A stretch of DNA of 64,000 bases, taken from positions 1-64,000 of the forward strand of contig KZ538134.1 in assembly GCA_000934665.2 (NCBI GenBank), read 5' to 3'. The notes beneath the pieces are model-generated. The model did not search any database. It worked only from the letters and a program-made list of their open reading frames with translations, and was not told the origin of the DNA. Shown piece after piece: positions 35,701 to 48,100 of the stretch (positions within the stretch are counted from its first letter, which is position 1; every line of letters begins with the position of its first letter). The stretch is from Catajapyx aquilonaris (lineage: Eukaryota). A program made the position numbers and the translations under genes.

Positions 35701-38652
35701 TGTATGCAGCCTTGGAATCGGTCAGCTAGGGTTGGAAGAATAAGGGAAATTACAGGTAAGTGGAATCACTTCTATTTCAAACAGTTAAAATTTCTTGTCA
35801 TCATTAACTTTTAGTGTGAAAATCAATATTTCTCTTGCTTTGGAGAATGGTGCAGCTGCATTGATTTAAAAATCATAAGTTATTATGTTTTCATTTACTA
35901 GCCCTTATTTATTTTTTAAGAGCTAGTAATGATGACGACGATACCTTGTTTCTACTTCACCTGTTTTATCATGCGGTGGTGAGGCAATCACACAGTCTCC
36001 AACCATGATGGAAGGCCTTGCTTCGGACAGGCCCGTGACAGCCATAGAGAGGAAATCCCCTTTGCGCCTGAATGTTGTTCCTATCACGTCATACTCCCTC
36101 AGATGCAGCATATTCTCTGCCTCCTCCAGGTAAAGAAGGCCATCCAGTTTGCCAACATATGTCTCTGGAGTCAGGCGCTTGCCAAGGGCTGGAAATGCTT
36201 CCATGAAGCTTCTGTCATCCCTCCAGTCATAAGTCTCATAAATTTTGTACAGCATCTCAGGGACTGGATACTGTGGGAGGCGCCTCGGAATTAGGTAGCT
36301 GGTCTGGACTGAGAATTCACCCTTGACAATCTTTAACTCGCGAGACACATTCATCTGTTTGGCTGCGAGGCGCAGGGCAGCCACAGCTGAGCTGGCCACC
36401 ACTACGGCAGTGACTCGGCGCAACATAGTGAAACAGCCAAAGTTAAAGGTGGCAATATCAGGGGCATCTCCCAAGCCATTAGGTTTGCAGCACAGTTTGA
36501 CTATTACACTTTGATGAGCAGGTACCAACAAGTGGGATACTGTTTCAGGATCCTGGACCTCATAATGCTTTCCAGAGGAAAATGTGACACCCATTAGGAC
36601 TTCAGGCTTGTTAGTGGTGTTTGTAATTTCAACATGCCTGACCCCAGGTCGCGCAGCCTGTATGGTGCCAAATTCAATCATGTTTGGGCGGATCTCAATT
36701 CCCATGTTTTCAGCACTGCCTGGCAAAATAGCATTGGCTGTTAAGAGTTGCTCTTTCCTCTCTTCTGATGCCTGTTGCATGTCAATAACTCGCCATGCAT
36801 GTTTTCCCTGTGTGCTCTCAATGGCGACTACTTGGACCATATCCCGAATTTTGGGGGTGTATGTTGCACACGACGCACGAAGAAATAAGAATTTGTTGTC
36901 TACCAGACCGAAGCCTTTGTTGAGAAGAGTCACCTTTCCTGTACAATGTATGAGTCGGTTTGGTGCTGCACCATGCACTTTAAGAATCTTCTTGAGGTGA
37001 TGTGTAACTGGGTCAAAGGTGCCAGTCAAGTCCAGCATCAGCCAATCCCCTGTACAAAGAAGAGAATTAACAGACTCTGCGTATCATATGTTGCTGTTGA
37101 GGTACAGGCCTATACAGTACCTATACTTTCACATAACCAAATAAACTACCAAAATTTCTCAGGTCAGCTGGGAAGCCTATGCCACATGGTACTACCATAA
37201 TTATGTCACATGATTGAGTAAATGTAGCAAAAAAATTGCACAAAAGGAATTGCAAGCATAAAAATATGTTATTTTTATGCAATTAATTTCACACATCATG
37301 CACATTTCTGTCACATATTGAAAAATTCATTTTGTATTGCAGCAGATATTATACATCAGGTAATATTATTGGCATATAATTTTATAAGATAACTATTGAG
37401 AGCGATGTCCAATAGTTGACTGATTTATTGGATTAGTGGATTTCTCCTTCCATGTCCACGAAATATAACCCTCTCCTTTTTTTTTCTTTTCTTTCTTTCT
37501 TTCTTTTTTTTACACTACCCCATTATCGGGCCCTGGGCCCTTGTTAGGGGAGTGGGATACCACCATGTATGGAACCGTACATAACGTGTATGTTTTAATT
37601 GTTCCAAGGGTAAGTAGAAGGGGATGTGCAAAGTGCAAGTGCAATGTCGTATATTGGTCATTTTGTGAACTCCCCCGGGTGGATTAGTCTAGCGGAAATT
37701 TCCACCCGAGACGAAGCCAGAGATGGCCCAACTCTGCACGAAATGAAGGGGGGAACCCCGGACTGGGATCGAACCCGGGACCTTAACATCCGTGGGCGCA
37801 TGCATTACCGCAGCACCACTTCGCCTCCCCATGGTCCCTCTCCTTATTTATTCTCTGGTACATTCATGGCATGTCAGGTCCTGGTAACTCAGTGGTTAGA
37901 GCACCCAATTCGCAATAGTACATTCATGGCAGAAATGCTACAGAAAGACCTTTAACAGAGGGTTCCCAAGATTTTTCCCTTAAACTATGCATGATAGAGT
38001 AGTAGAAATAAAACTTGCAAAATTTGGTGCTAGCCTGGCCACTTCATGGACTTAATGGCTACATATAATGATCATTGTACCTCATGCAAATTGCAACCAT
38101 GAGCTTCTATTAGCCCTCTCATTTTATTAAAGAAATGCACACACATACACACAAGCAAGCAAAACTGAACTTACCTGGTAACATCTTGGGCAGGTCAAAC
38201 CGGGATAGATCCAGTTCTCCACGAAAATTTTCAATGGCAATTTTGGTACGCTTCCCTCCTGCTGCCTCCACTTTTCCTGGCATCTTCTTTTGCGCTCGCT
38301 CAAGTTCCCCCTCCTCTTCCTCTTCCTTCTCCACCCAACAGTCCTGCACCACTGCCATTATCTTCTTCACTTTCCAAGGGGCTGAAGGAGATGCACGGTA
38401 CCTGACATAGCTCACCTCATCTCCCATAGTCACAGCCACCCCTGGGATAGGGTAACTAAAGTACAGCTTGCTGTCAATGAGTCCAAAGGACCCATCTATC
38501 AAAGTTACAATGCCTGTGACAGTGACACTTGTACTAGCATCAGAAGACAACTCATCTTCTCGCTTGTATTTCAACCACTTGGTAGGGGGTTCCTCCTCCT
38601 CCTCTGATGCGAAAAGGTTGGAAGTCAAGGCTTTAAAGAATCTCAGGAACAT
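30882..38652 (-). CDS. armi: UPF1-like SF1 RNA helicase armitage / MOV10L1 (piRNA pathway)
   Basis: Approximate exons 38652-38175, 37049-35960, 35725-35370, 34701-34365, 33988-33913, 32405-32001, 31750-31459, 31263-30882. N-terminal OB-like repeats ([28 protein letters not shown]), [72 protein letters not shown]. Confidence 0.92.
32519..33401. mobile_element. Non-autonomous hAT element in armi intron
   Basis: TIR CAGTGGCGCCGAT/ATCGGCGCCACTG; 8-bp TSD GTCATAGT (32511-32518, 33402-33409); internal (GA)-rich tract at about 32605-32700. Confidence 0.88.
37478..37830 (-). mobile_element. tRNA-derived SINE (family B) in armi intron
   Basis: Head GGGGAGGCGAAGTGGTGCTGCGGTAA..GGTTCGATCCC (A/B boxes), (GAAA)n/A tail; body shared with 52052-52159. 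Confidence 0.75.
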
Positions 38653-38904
38653 TTTTACTACTATGTTCAAGCCTCTTATCCGATGGGTTGATTTCCAATA
38701 TAAATATGATTGCAGGTTTTTTCCTCAAACGCAGGTGCCTGTAGAATATAAAAGTAAGAGCAAGTTATTATTATTTTGGAAATAACAACTTATTACCATA
38801 CATGGTGATCATGCCAACCTATCACGTACATATGGGGACCAACAGTATGCCAATTAGACAACACCAAAGTAAGTTGTGCTGAAGCTACAAAGTCCGATCA
38901 CAAG

Positions 38905-39371
38905 CAGCGCCTGATTTACGGCAAGGCAACCTAGGCAGTTGCCTAGGGCGGCAGATTTCAAGGGGCGGCAAATTTAGGCATACAAAAAAAAAGGTAACGA
39001 AGAACTAATTATTAATAATTATGCGACTGGGAGCAGCACCGGATTTTTATCATTAGGCAGAGTAGGTAATTGCCTAGGGGCAGTCGCGAGTTGCAATAAA
39101 TATTAATTTTTCAAATAGGCTACAATAATAGGAAATAAAGGTGAAATCGTTTTAAAATTCAAATTTTTGAGTGTCGGCAGATTTACTACTAGGCAGAAAA
39201 CCATAAAGGTGGCCATCCTTCGGGGGCATTGTAACAAAGTTGCAATATAACATTTTTTTCAAACTAAAATAAAATGAAATGAAGGAGAGAACTCAAGAGA
39301 AAAATTGAATTTTTAAGCAGCAGGGGGGATCTCAACTGCCTAGGGTCGCAGAGGGGGTAAATCCGGCACTG
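38905..39371. mobile_element. Non-autonomous hAT element
   Basis: Imperfect TIR CAGCGCCTGATTTAC / GTAAATCCGGCACTG; 8-bp TSD ATCACAAG; repeated TGCCTAGGG subterminal motifs. Confidence 0.85.
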
Positions 39372-39715
39372 ATCACAAGTCTGCCTGTGTTCAATATTCT
39401 AATAAGAGTTGTACACCAAGTACAATAAGCATGGGTGGGCCAGTGTGTACATGGTTGGAAGGTCATTGGAGGAAGGGGCTAGGGGTCTGCCACTAAAATG
39501 TAAAACAGGCCAAAATACTCCCTCCCTCATTACAATACCAATGAAAATTTGCAGAAATCCACTCATCCCAGTGGCACACCCAGAAAGATCCCAAGGGCGG
39601 GGCCAAAAATAATTTGGGTTCAAGGTCACAAGCTGAGGTGAATGTAACTGACAAATTGTCTAAATCCTTGTTTAAAATGTCGTGACTAATTTCATGAGCA
39701 AAATGGTGGAAATTA

Positions 39716-40274
39716 CCGTATCACATAAAGCGGCATGCCGGTATAAAACGAGGTCGAACAGCATGCCGGTATAACCCGGGGGTGGCCGGCATGCCGCAAT
39801 AATTGAGGTAGATTTCTGTAACTTTGATCCTTGCCAAATTTTTTTGAATGATTCTGGTACCATATACTAAAATAATGTTACAATGAAAATGGGCGAGTGT
39901 ACAGGCTGTGAGAATATGTCAGTTCTGTTGCACAGTGCATTTAAAAAATGTAGAGTGTGTGACCAATCCCATCGTCAGCCTGCTTTGACAGGGGAACCCC
40001 CTGCTCTAACATACTGTTGAAATAGAGATTATTGCCAAACACTGCAATTGAAAACAATATACCTGGTATGGTATGGGTACCCTATTTGAAAAATGTGCCT
40101 TTTCGATAGCCTTTACGTGAATTTCGATTTTCAGGCAAATGTCCAGTTCAGAAAGGATAATGTAACTTATGTGAAAACCTCACCATATAGCGGCATACCT
40201 CGTCTTATACCGTCATAACCACCAGATCATGCATTTCTAAAAACTGGTGGACCGGCATGCCGCTTTATGTGAGG
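39716..40274. mobile_element. MITE, pogo/Tc1-mariner-like
   Basis: Inverted repeats TCACATAAAGCGGCATGCCGGT at both ends, TA flanks. Confidence 0.65.
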
Positions 40275-40524
40275 TAATACAGTATATGCACATAATATAT
40301 TGGTAGAAATTCGTAAAATTTTTTAACATGTGCGTGGTCTTCCCCAGCGCAGGACCTTCCAAAGGGTGGGGCCTGGGGCAGGGGCAGTTGTATATATACA
40401 TTAACTCATTTTTATTTCAAATATAGGGTGAAGTGAGGGAAGTGCACACCCGGGGTAAGTGCACATATTGTGCCGCCATATTGGAATGAAAATGGTTGAC
40501 GACACCAAAACGCGTCAGCTATGT

Positions 40525-42099
40525 AGCTCTGGAGCCGCATGTAAAAACCATGTAACTCAAAATACGTGGTTTTTACTTGCATGCCTTCATTGGATTGCTC
40601 ATGTCAAGAACTATCCCATGGTACAAACCACATGTCTCTGACGTCATTTTTCACGAAGATACTGAACAGAAAAAACCATGTAACTCATAGTATTGAAACG
40701 TCACGTCAAGTAAAACCCCTGTAAAGAGAGATACAAATATTGGAACAGTCACTTCCTCTTGGAAAAACCATGTATGTGAAGCCGGCGACTTTTTTTTGAG
40801 AATCTTCAAGTAGATGAAGAGGTCACGGACTTAGAAGTACATGTCGGTGATGCTCCAAATGACACATTAACATAATTCTTCATCTTTCCCATACACACAC
40901 GGCCGACAGAAAGTCCCACATGGAGCCAGTGAATTTATTACTTTCTATAAATCCAGTAACCACATTTATTTATTCCAGGACGGTACACTGTATGATTGTG
41001 TGTAACATACTTACGTAGTGGCTAATATTTATGTTGTACGAAATACAGGAAATAAACGTCATTTATGCAGAATTGATGGTACCGTATGTTTTGCTGTTAT
41101 TGCGAATAAACACGGTTCTCTCTCTCTCTTTCTCTTACCATAATTCAGCTGCAGCAACATATGTACTAATAATTAATAACTAGGGAAAATAACGGGAAAC
41201 CACCACATTATTTTCCCTAGTTCAGTCAATAAATAAACACAAATAGTGTTTTATTGGGGGAGGTGTGGTGGCCGTGATGGTAACGTCACGGCTTGCTGAG
41301 TGAAAGGCCCCAGGTTCGATCCCCGCCTGGGGAACTTTCCTTTCACCTGCGTCGGGAGGGTCTCTGACCTGCACCAAGGAGGTGTCTGGCCACCTAACCT
41401 CCTGGGGGACAGCACATGACCCATGTTGTAGACATTGCACTTGCACCCCATGTTCCCTCCCCAAAAATCCCTACCCCTACCCTACATCCTTGACTCCTTG
41501 CACCGGTGACTGAAGAAAAATGACAGAGAAAACTGAGGGTGGCGTGCCACCCCCCAAATAGGCCATTGATGCCTGGCATGGGGTAAATTTAAAAAAAAAT
41601 TTAAAAAAAAAGAATAGTGTTTTATTTATTGGCCGCCTACCTTCGTATGAAGATGGCACGATTACGATTACTAATAATTACAAGGTTCTTGCCAAGTCTG
41701 AAGGGTTCATTATGAATAAGTACGTACAGTTACATGGTTCTGAGACTATGTCATGGGTGTATAAGTAATATCAAGAGTAAATTGGTAATATGTAAGTAGA
41801 GTTACATTGTTTTAACAAAATATCACAGTTTCAATTAAAGTCTGTATATATAGTTGCGTGGTTTTTACTTGTGCCAATGTAACCATGTAACTTGATTTCA
41901 TTTAATGTGAATTTAACTAGGTGAATGATATTACATGTTATATGTTCAAAGAGTCCTACTGATATGGTAGATTTAGTTTAAAAAAAATTGTCAGGTATGG
42001 CGTATGCCTAAGGAAATGGCAGATCACTAAACTTTGAAGCGCAATATCTCAAAATGGCAAAATCAGAGATACATGGTTTTTACATGCGGCTCCAGAGCT
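40525..42099. mobile_element. Nested non-autonomous TIR element, superfamily unassigned
   Basis: TIR AGCTCTGGAGCCGCATGTAAAAACCATGTA at both ends; multiple subterminal AACCATGTAAC repeats. Confidence 0.78.
41256..41612 (+). mobile_element. tRNA-derived SINE (family A)
   Basis: A box GTGGCCGTGATGG, B box GGTTCGATCCC, A-rich tail, 14-bp TSD AATAGTGTTTTATT. Confidence 0.85.
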
Positions 42100-43317
42100 G
42101 CACTGCACAATATGTGCTGCACTTACCCCGGGTGTGCACTTCCCCCACTTCACCCTAGTATTTTTTGTTCTAAACTAATCGTAATTTTGTTCGCTTTGTA
42201 AGCCCAGGGGGGCGACCCCATCGCCCCCCGCCCCCCTCGGGTGCGCCAAAGGCTCATCCCCCCCTCCTTTGTACCTGCAGGCCGTTCCATTCTACGGGGG
42301 CGATAATTCCTGTTGATCCGACGAACTCCCGACTCGGTGTAACTCCCGCCTGGCCGCTCGGGGCCGCCTGGGGGGCAGCGGATTGCCCCGGGGCAGAATC
42401 GGAGAGACGGAGAGAAAAAATGGCCCGTCCTTTCCCACGAAAAATTACGCCGGAAGAGGGGGATGGAGGGAGGGGGGGAAGAATGGCGGTTGAAGGAAAG
42501 GGTGGGGGAGGAGGAGGAGGAGGAGGAGGGGCCTAAGGAAAGATCCACCAATCACAACCAGGCAGACTGCAGCGCCGCCTATGCACACACTGGGCAGCAG
42601 AGGTGCCAGACGAAATGTATTTACGGTACTGTCCTCTGCCTAAATCCCGACTAGAGTTTAGTTCAGGTTATTGTTGTAGGAAGAAGGCAAAGCAACTATA
42701 TGGCTATCCCATCTGACTATAAGAATATGCAAAGGTGGGTCAGAAGGAGACAGAAGCAAATAGAAAAACAAAGGAGAGAAAATGAGGAAAGACCGGTTGT
42801 CTGTCTCCTATCCCAAATACCTGTCCAACTTGGCTGGCCATGCCAACATAGACGAGCTGCCGCCAGCATGGCTCTTGGGGTCACTGGAGAAAAGCAAGTC
42901 CCCACCACCACAACAAGGTGGAGACCTGACTTGAGTCTAGCTATTTTATTTTGTGGTGTCTTTTTCTCTCTCCATTTCCATCATCCTTTTCTTGTTCACC
43001 AGTCAACTGGAGAGGGAAAGATGTCATGGACACTCCAGCAGAATGAGAGGCTTCTCGCCGAAACAACAGGGAGAGGAGAAAGTCAACAAGGCAGACTTAG
43101 CTACGAATTTCGATCCTGCTGCCATCCACCTTGCCCGATACCCAGTGGATGTTGCAGCCAACCAGACAATTAATGAGGCATAATACCAATTCAAAACAGG
43201 TTCAGAAAATTCAGACTACAAATAGGAGCTTTACAGTGTGATGCATGCTCTGCTCTCCAGCTCCACACTTCCCAGAGTTGAGGTAGAAGAGTTGATATCA
43301 TTGATTATGCCACAAAT

Positions 43318-43620
43318 CAAGAGGGCAGTCACTCCTCAAAAAAAGTGTACATGGGCTCACCTGAATTTCGCAGCTCTCCCCGGCCCTCCCCAGCCTCTCG
43401 CCTCACCAGTGAGTATACAATGGCTCACCAAAGTGAGTTGCTCTTAATACAGCCGCACAGAGCCAGGGAGAGCTCAGCTGTGAGCGGGCATTCCCTATGC
43501 AAAATCCCCATTTGTTCCTCATCATAGACTATTTGCCCAGGGGCTCACCTAGGCCCTCCACTGCCCTCCATGGCTCACCAGGGAGGGTGTACTCCAGCTC
43601 ACAAAGTGACTACCTCCTTG
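43318..43620. mobile_element. MITE, P-element-like
   Basis: Imperfect TIR CAAGAGGGCAGTCACT / AGTGACTACCTCCTTG; 8-bp TSD CCACAAAT; internal GGCTCACC repeats. Confidence 0.75.
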
Positions 43621-45166
43621 CCACAAATCATTCTCTAGAAAACAGCAACAAAAAGTGGCCTCTGATTCAGGTACTATGCCCATGAATTGAATATGGCTGA
43701 TATGTTTGTGAAATAGTTTAATTAATACTCACATTTCATTGTACATTTCTCACATGCTGCATGTGACACCTGACAAATTACATGCAAACATCCCTACAAC
43801 CAGAAGTTCATGACAGTCATGCCATGACAGCTAAGAATACAGTATGCAAAATACTTTTTCAAAATCTAAACAAAAATCACAACTGTTATTTCTTTAGAAA
43901 CATTGCAGGTTAAATGACTAGAAATGATTGTGATGACTAGAAGAACTTTCATACGAGTATTTAAATTTTTAATGCTGGACGGTTCATTGTATTGATCCCA
44001 AGAAGAAGTGCATTCACTATCACAAGTGCAGTGTCCCAGAGGGAAATAAGCATTAAGCAGTTGCATATAAAAACTATTCCTTGGCCTCATAAATTATTCC
44101 CTACATCATTTAATTACCATAAAAATAATATAATTGTCCACAGTAGGTGATGTTTGCCCATCGCAAGTACTACTGTACTACAAAAGGTCGCATATGGTCC
44201 CAATTCGATTTCTAATTTTTATGGAGACTTTTGCAGCTGTGTGTAACAATTTTACATTGAAATAAATTGTCAGGCTATAGAAAGTATTACCTCAATTTGT
44301 CAGCGAATTGGGAAAAACTCTGAAATGGCCATTAAACAGAAGAAGGTGGGAAAACGGACAATAAGACTGTATTAACCTAACCCAATGGGTCCAAAAGGAA
44401 TATTTTCATCCATGACATGTTTGACAGTATAGGCTTTAATCTATCCCATCCAAAACCACCTAAGTTATAATGAAAGCGCCTGAGTTTCAATCATACCCAC
44501 AGATCTCCTGCAGATGTCTTTCTAACGGCATCTTCCTAGCCTCATTTCAAAATTTTCAGGAAACTGACTTCACCTCCCTCACTAATTGAGACACAAATGT
44601 AATTATAAAATCCGAACAACAGGAAGAATAATCTATTTCGCCTGAACAATTGCATTTAAAATGAAAATTATTACCCATACCTGTAAAGTTTAGGTTCCAA
44701 AATTTTAGGAACTGCATCACATCTTGTAGAACATAGCATTTTGCATTTTACCAAAAATATCAGAGTAGCATAAGTTTGCAACTGAAAGCCATGCTTTCCA
44801 GGTTTACTGATACCCATGATATTCAGTACTTTGGCTGTGGCTCTTGCAATGAGTACAAGGATTGTCAAGCTTGCTGCAAACACCATATAATTACGATGAC
44901 ATGGTACTTATCTCAGGAGTGTTTATGCAAGAACCAACGAAGGTGTCACAGACAATAATTAGCAGCACTTGAAGAAGAACTGTATGCTTCAATGGTAAAT
45001 ATGAAGTTTCGCAAGATCAAGTTGAACATTTTCTTACGATATTTTACCTAATAGTTTGAATCCACATCTTTCCCACTATGACATTTCCTTGGCCCACAAG
45101 AACTAGGTGATTGCAACTGGTAAAATCAGGCCAATAAAAACCATTGGAAGGATTGGGCAAGTACCT

Positions 45167-48100
45167 CTACCTCCTGATGAGGGAAGCCACATAAACCCAC
45201 ACAGACAAGGCTTGGTTTGGATACGGATGCACATGGACTGCCAATGCAAATTCCGCCAGTGGCTCCTCATTCCGATGCACCCCTGTAGAATGCACCTCCT
45301 CCAGCAAGGCCTCTGCAGTAGTATATGCTACATTGACAGGAAACCCACAGAGCTTATGGGAGACAGTCATCTGGTGTAGTTCCTCTAGGTGCTGACTCTC
45401 AGCCCGGGGGGAGTTAGCAGGCCCAGACAAGAGTTCACCTTGGGAACTGGACCAGGACTGGTACTCCAGACTGGGGAGAAGCCGCCGGAGAATGGAGCTG
45501 CAGTAACGATTCCATGTGGTCCTGTAAGACATGATAAGCGGTACCAGGTAGTGTGTTATGAACATGAATCTGCTTTCTTGTAGGTACCAGTAATAATGCA
45601 ACGTACACCTGTTTGCAAACAACCCTGAATACCCTGAATACATCTTAAGCCAGAGAGTGCAGCATATCCAGTTGCTCTTGCACCATGAAACCTCATTCAA
45701 TATACTGTATGACAGTATGATAGACCAGGTACACATACTGGCAATTTTGCATCACTCTATGATCTGTCTGTAAGTTTTGAAGATTTCGTCAGACTCATTA
45801 CTAATATATACTAATATAACTGTACTAGAAACACACAGTCTAAGTAAACTGCAATGCCACCAGAAGTACTACCTGTCAGACACATTACTAAAGAATCAGA
45901 TGGCTGTAGTGTGTAAACCTCAACTGAACATCAGTGAAATACATTAAATGGCACGAGAGGATAATTTCCCACATCAAATATTCCAGAAGTATCAATTTTG
46001 CTCATAAGAATGATTATGGTAATAACTAACTTTGAGATTATCAGTTGTAAAATAATTCATGCATCATTTGTACTACCATGTCAACTTCACCAGCTAAAAG
46101 TCTAAAGGACAAACCTGCTAGCTTTCCTCCACTTGATAAAAGCATTTCGGAGCATTGTTTCCAATTTGTCCTGCACTTTGTCTGCATATTCCTGATCTGC
46201 GGCCTGGTATTCAAAAGATTCAGGCTGAACGCTGCCCAAACCAAAGGCAGCATGGTCAGAAGTAAACAGGGGCAGCCAGCAAGACTTTAAGCCCAACTTG
46301 GCTGATATTTGCTTCTGTAACACATGATCCTGAAAGAAAATTGGCTTAACAGCAAGTAGAGAAGACCAAAATGCTTGCTAGAGGGACAGTTGTTAACACA
46401 ACAAACAAAGCAGCACATGCAGATTGGCAAATTGTACTTTTTGAAACAGAATGACTGTCACCAGTGCAAGAATGGTTATATTATGGCATGCGACTAAACG
46501 TTAACTCCATTAACCTTTGCTTGCACATTGGCCCAAATATTGTCCTTGCCGATGAGACACCAGACTTTCCTGAGTGGACTGAAAGCATTACCAGGAGAAA
46601 ACCTTTCCCCAGTGCATGGATTCCAGGCATATTCGCTTCCTTTCTCACCACCACCCTCTTCATTATTTTCATCCTTGGTTAATACGTAGGCTGTACATCC
46701 TTCTGGGATGGCCTCTCCAATAAGCAGCCACACCTTGAAGGCCTTCTTCTCTGCTCTGGCTGCCATGTGCAAGAAGTAGTTGACAAGAAGAACACCATGT
46801 TCATACTCACTTCCCACCATTAACTTCAGAAGTTGCTGCCATCGTGAAAGAAAAAAAATTAATACCATTTGAATTTGACTCCTAGATGGCCCATAAATCA
46901 ATACAGTAGTAATTGGTGCAGCATCTAAAAAATGTAAGTCCAAATCTACGTATGTATGTTGACTCGGTGTAAGTCAGGGATTGCCTGTATTTTCATTCTT
47001 GACATTACACTGAAAGATATTGACCTGTTTAATAATTTCACCTTTTCTACAATCACACTGCAACCATTCCCAAGGTAGAGACTATTTCAAAGCATAAGAT
47101 ATACTGCATATAAGGCATCAACTTGCAGAGCCTTTTGATTCAGAATAAAAATAAGTGGATGAAAGCACATATGAGATCAACTGCAGGAAGTACTCACGTC
47201 GCATGTAAGCCAGACATCAGCAGCACTACCTTCTCGCCTGGATGGAATAGTGGGAATCATGGCCACAAATCTGGCCACTTTCAGCATGGCTTCTTCCAGC
47301 TTATCATCATCATTTAAAATGTCATCAGGTGGAGGAAGTGCTTGAAAAAAGCGCGTGACCAGGACTCGCTTTCCACCACACCCAACTCCAGCAACAACCT
47401 TCCTCTGAGGAAACTTCTTTTGCACTTCCCTTGCCCAAGTTTGACACCTGCAACAATCCAACAGTTCCAATGAGCAGATTAGTCATAAATCAATACAAGA
47501 ACATTCATTGTATTTCCATTTGCTAGTTAATGGCATATGGAGACAATTGCTGGATGAATTGGGTCTCACGGAACCGTTCACAAACTGTCTTTTTTTTTAA
47601 CTTCCTCGACAACTCCCCCTCTGCGATGGCACCTGGGGTGGACTGTCCCCCGCTCCCCTCATCCCCTGCCTGTAATGCCACTGTGCAGCAGCACTGAAAA
47701 ATTTCTAAATAGCAATTTTGGTAAGCAGTGATTGGTTAAAGTGCATTTGTGCTGGGGAAGGTGCTGTGGCTGAGATGGTAACGTCTCGGCTTGCTATGAG
47801 AAAGGTCCCGGGTTCTAATCCCTGCCCGGGTGTTACCATTCACCTACGTCAGTGGGTCTCTGGCCCGCATCAAAGGAGGCGTCTTGGCAACCGGCCTCCT
47901 GGGAGACTGCACATGACCCTTTTCAGACATTGCACTTTCACCTGTGTCCCCTCCCAACTCCCCCCTCCTTACCCCACCTCCCTAATTGTCCTTGCATGGA
48001 GTTCGAAGAAAAATTGGGAAATTATTCAAATGGTGGTAATCCACCCCCCTAAAAGGGCTTCATCACCTCCAATGGGGTAAACAAAACAAAGAAAAAAGCA

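Larger units (their letters stand above)
40426..42155. mobile_element. TA-flanked MITE (pogo/Tc1-mariner-like) hosting nested insertions
   Basis: TIR GGGTGAAGTGnGGGAAGTGCACACCCGGGGTAAGTGCA at both ends, TA on both flanks. Confidence 0.82.
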
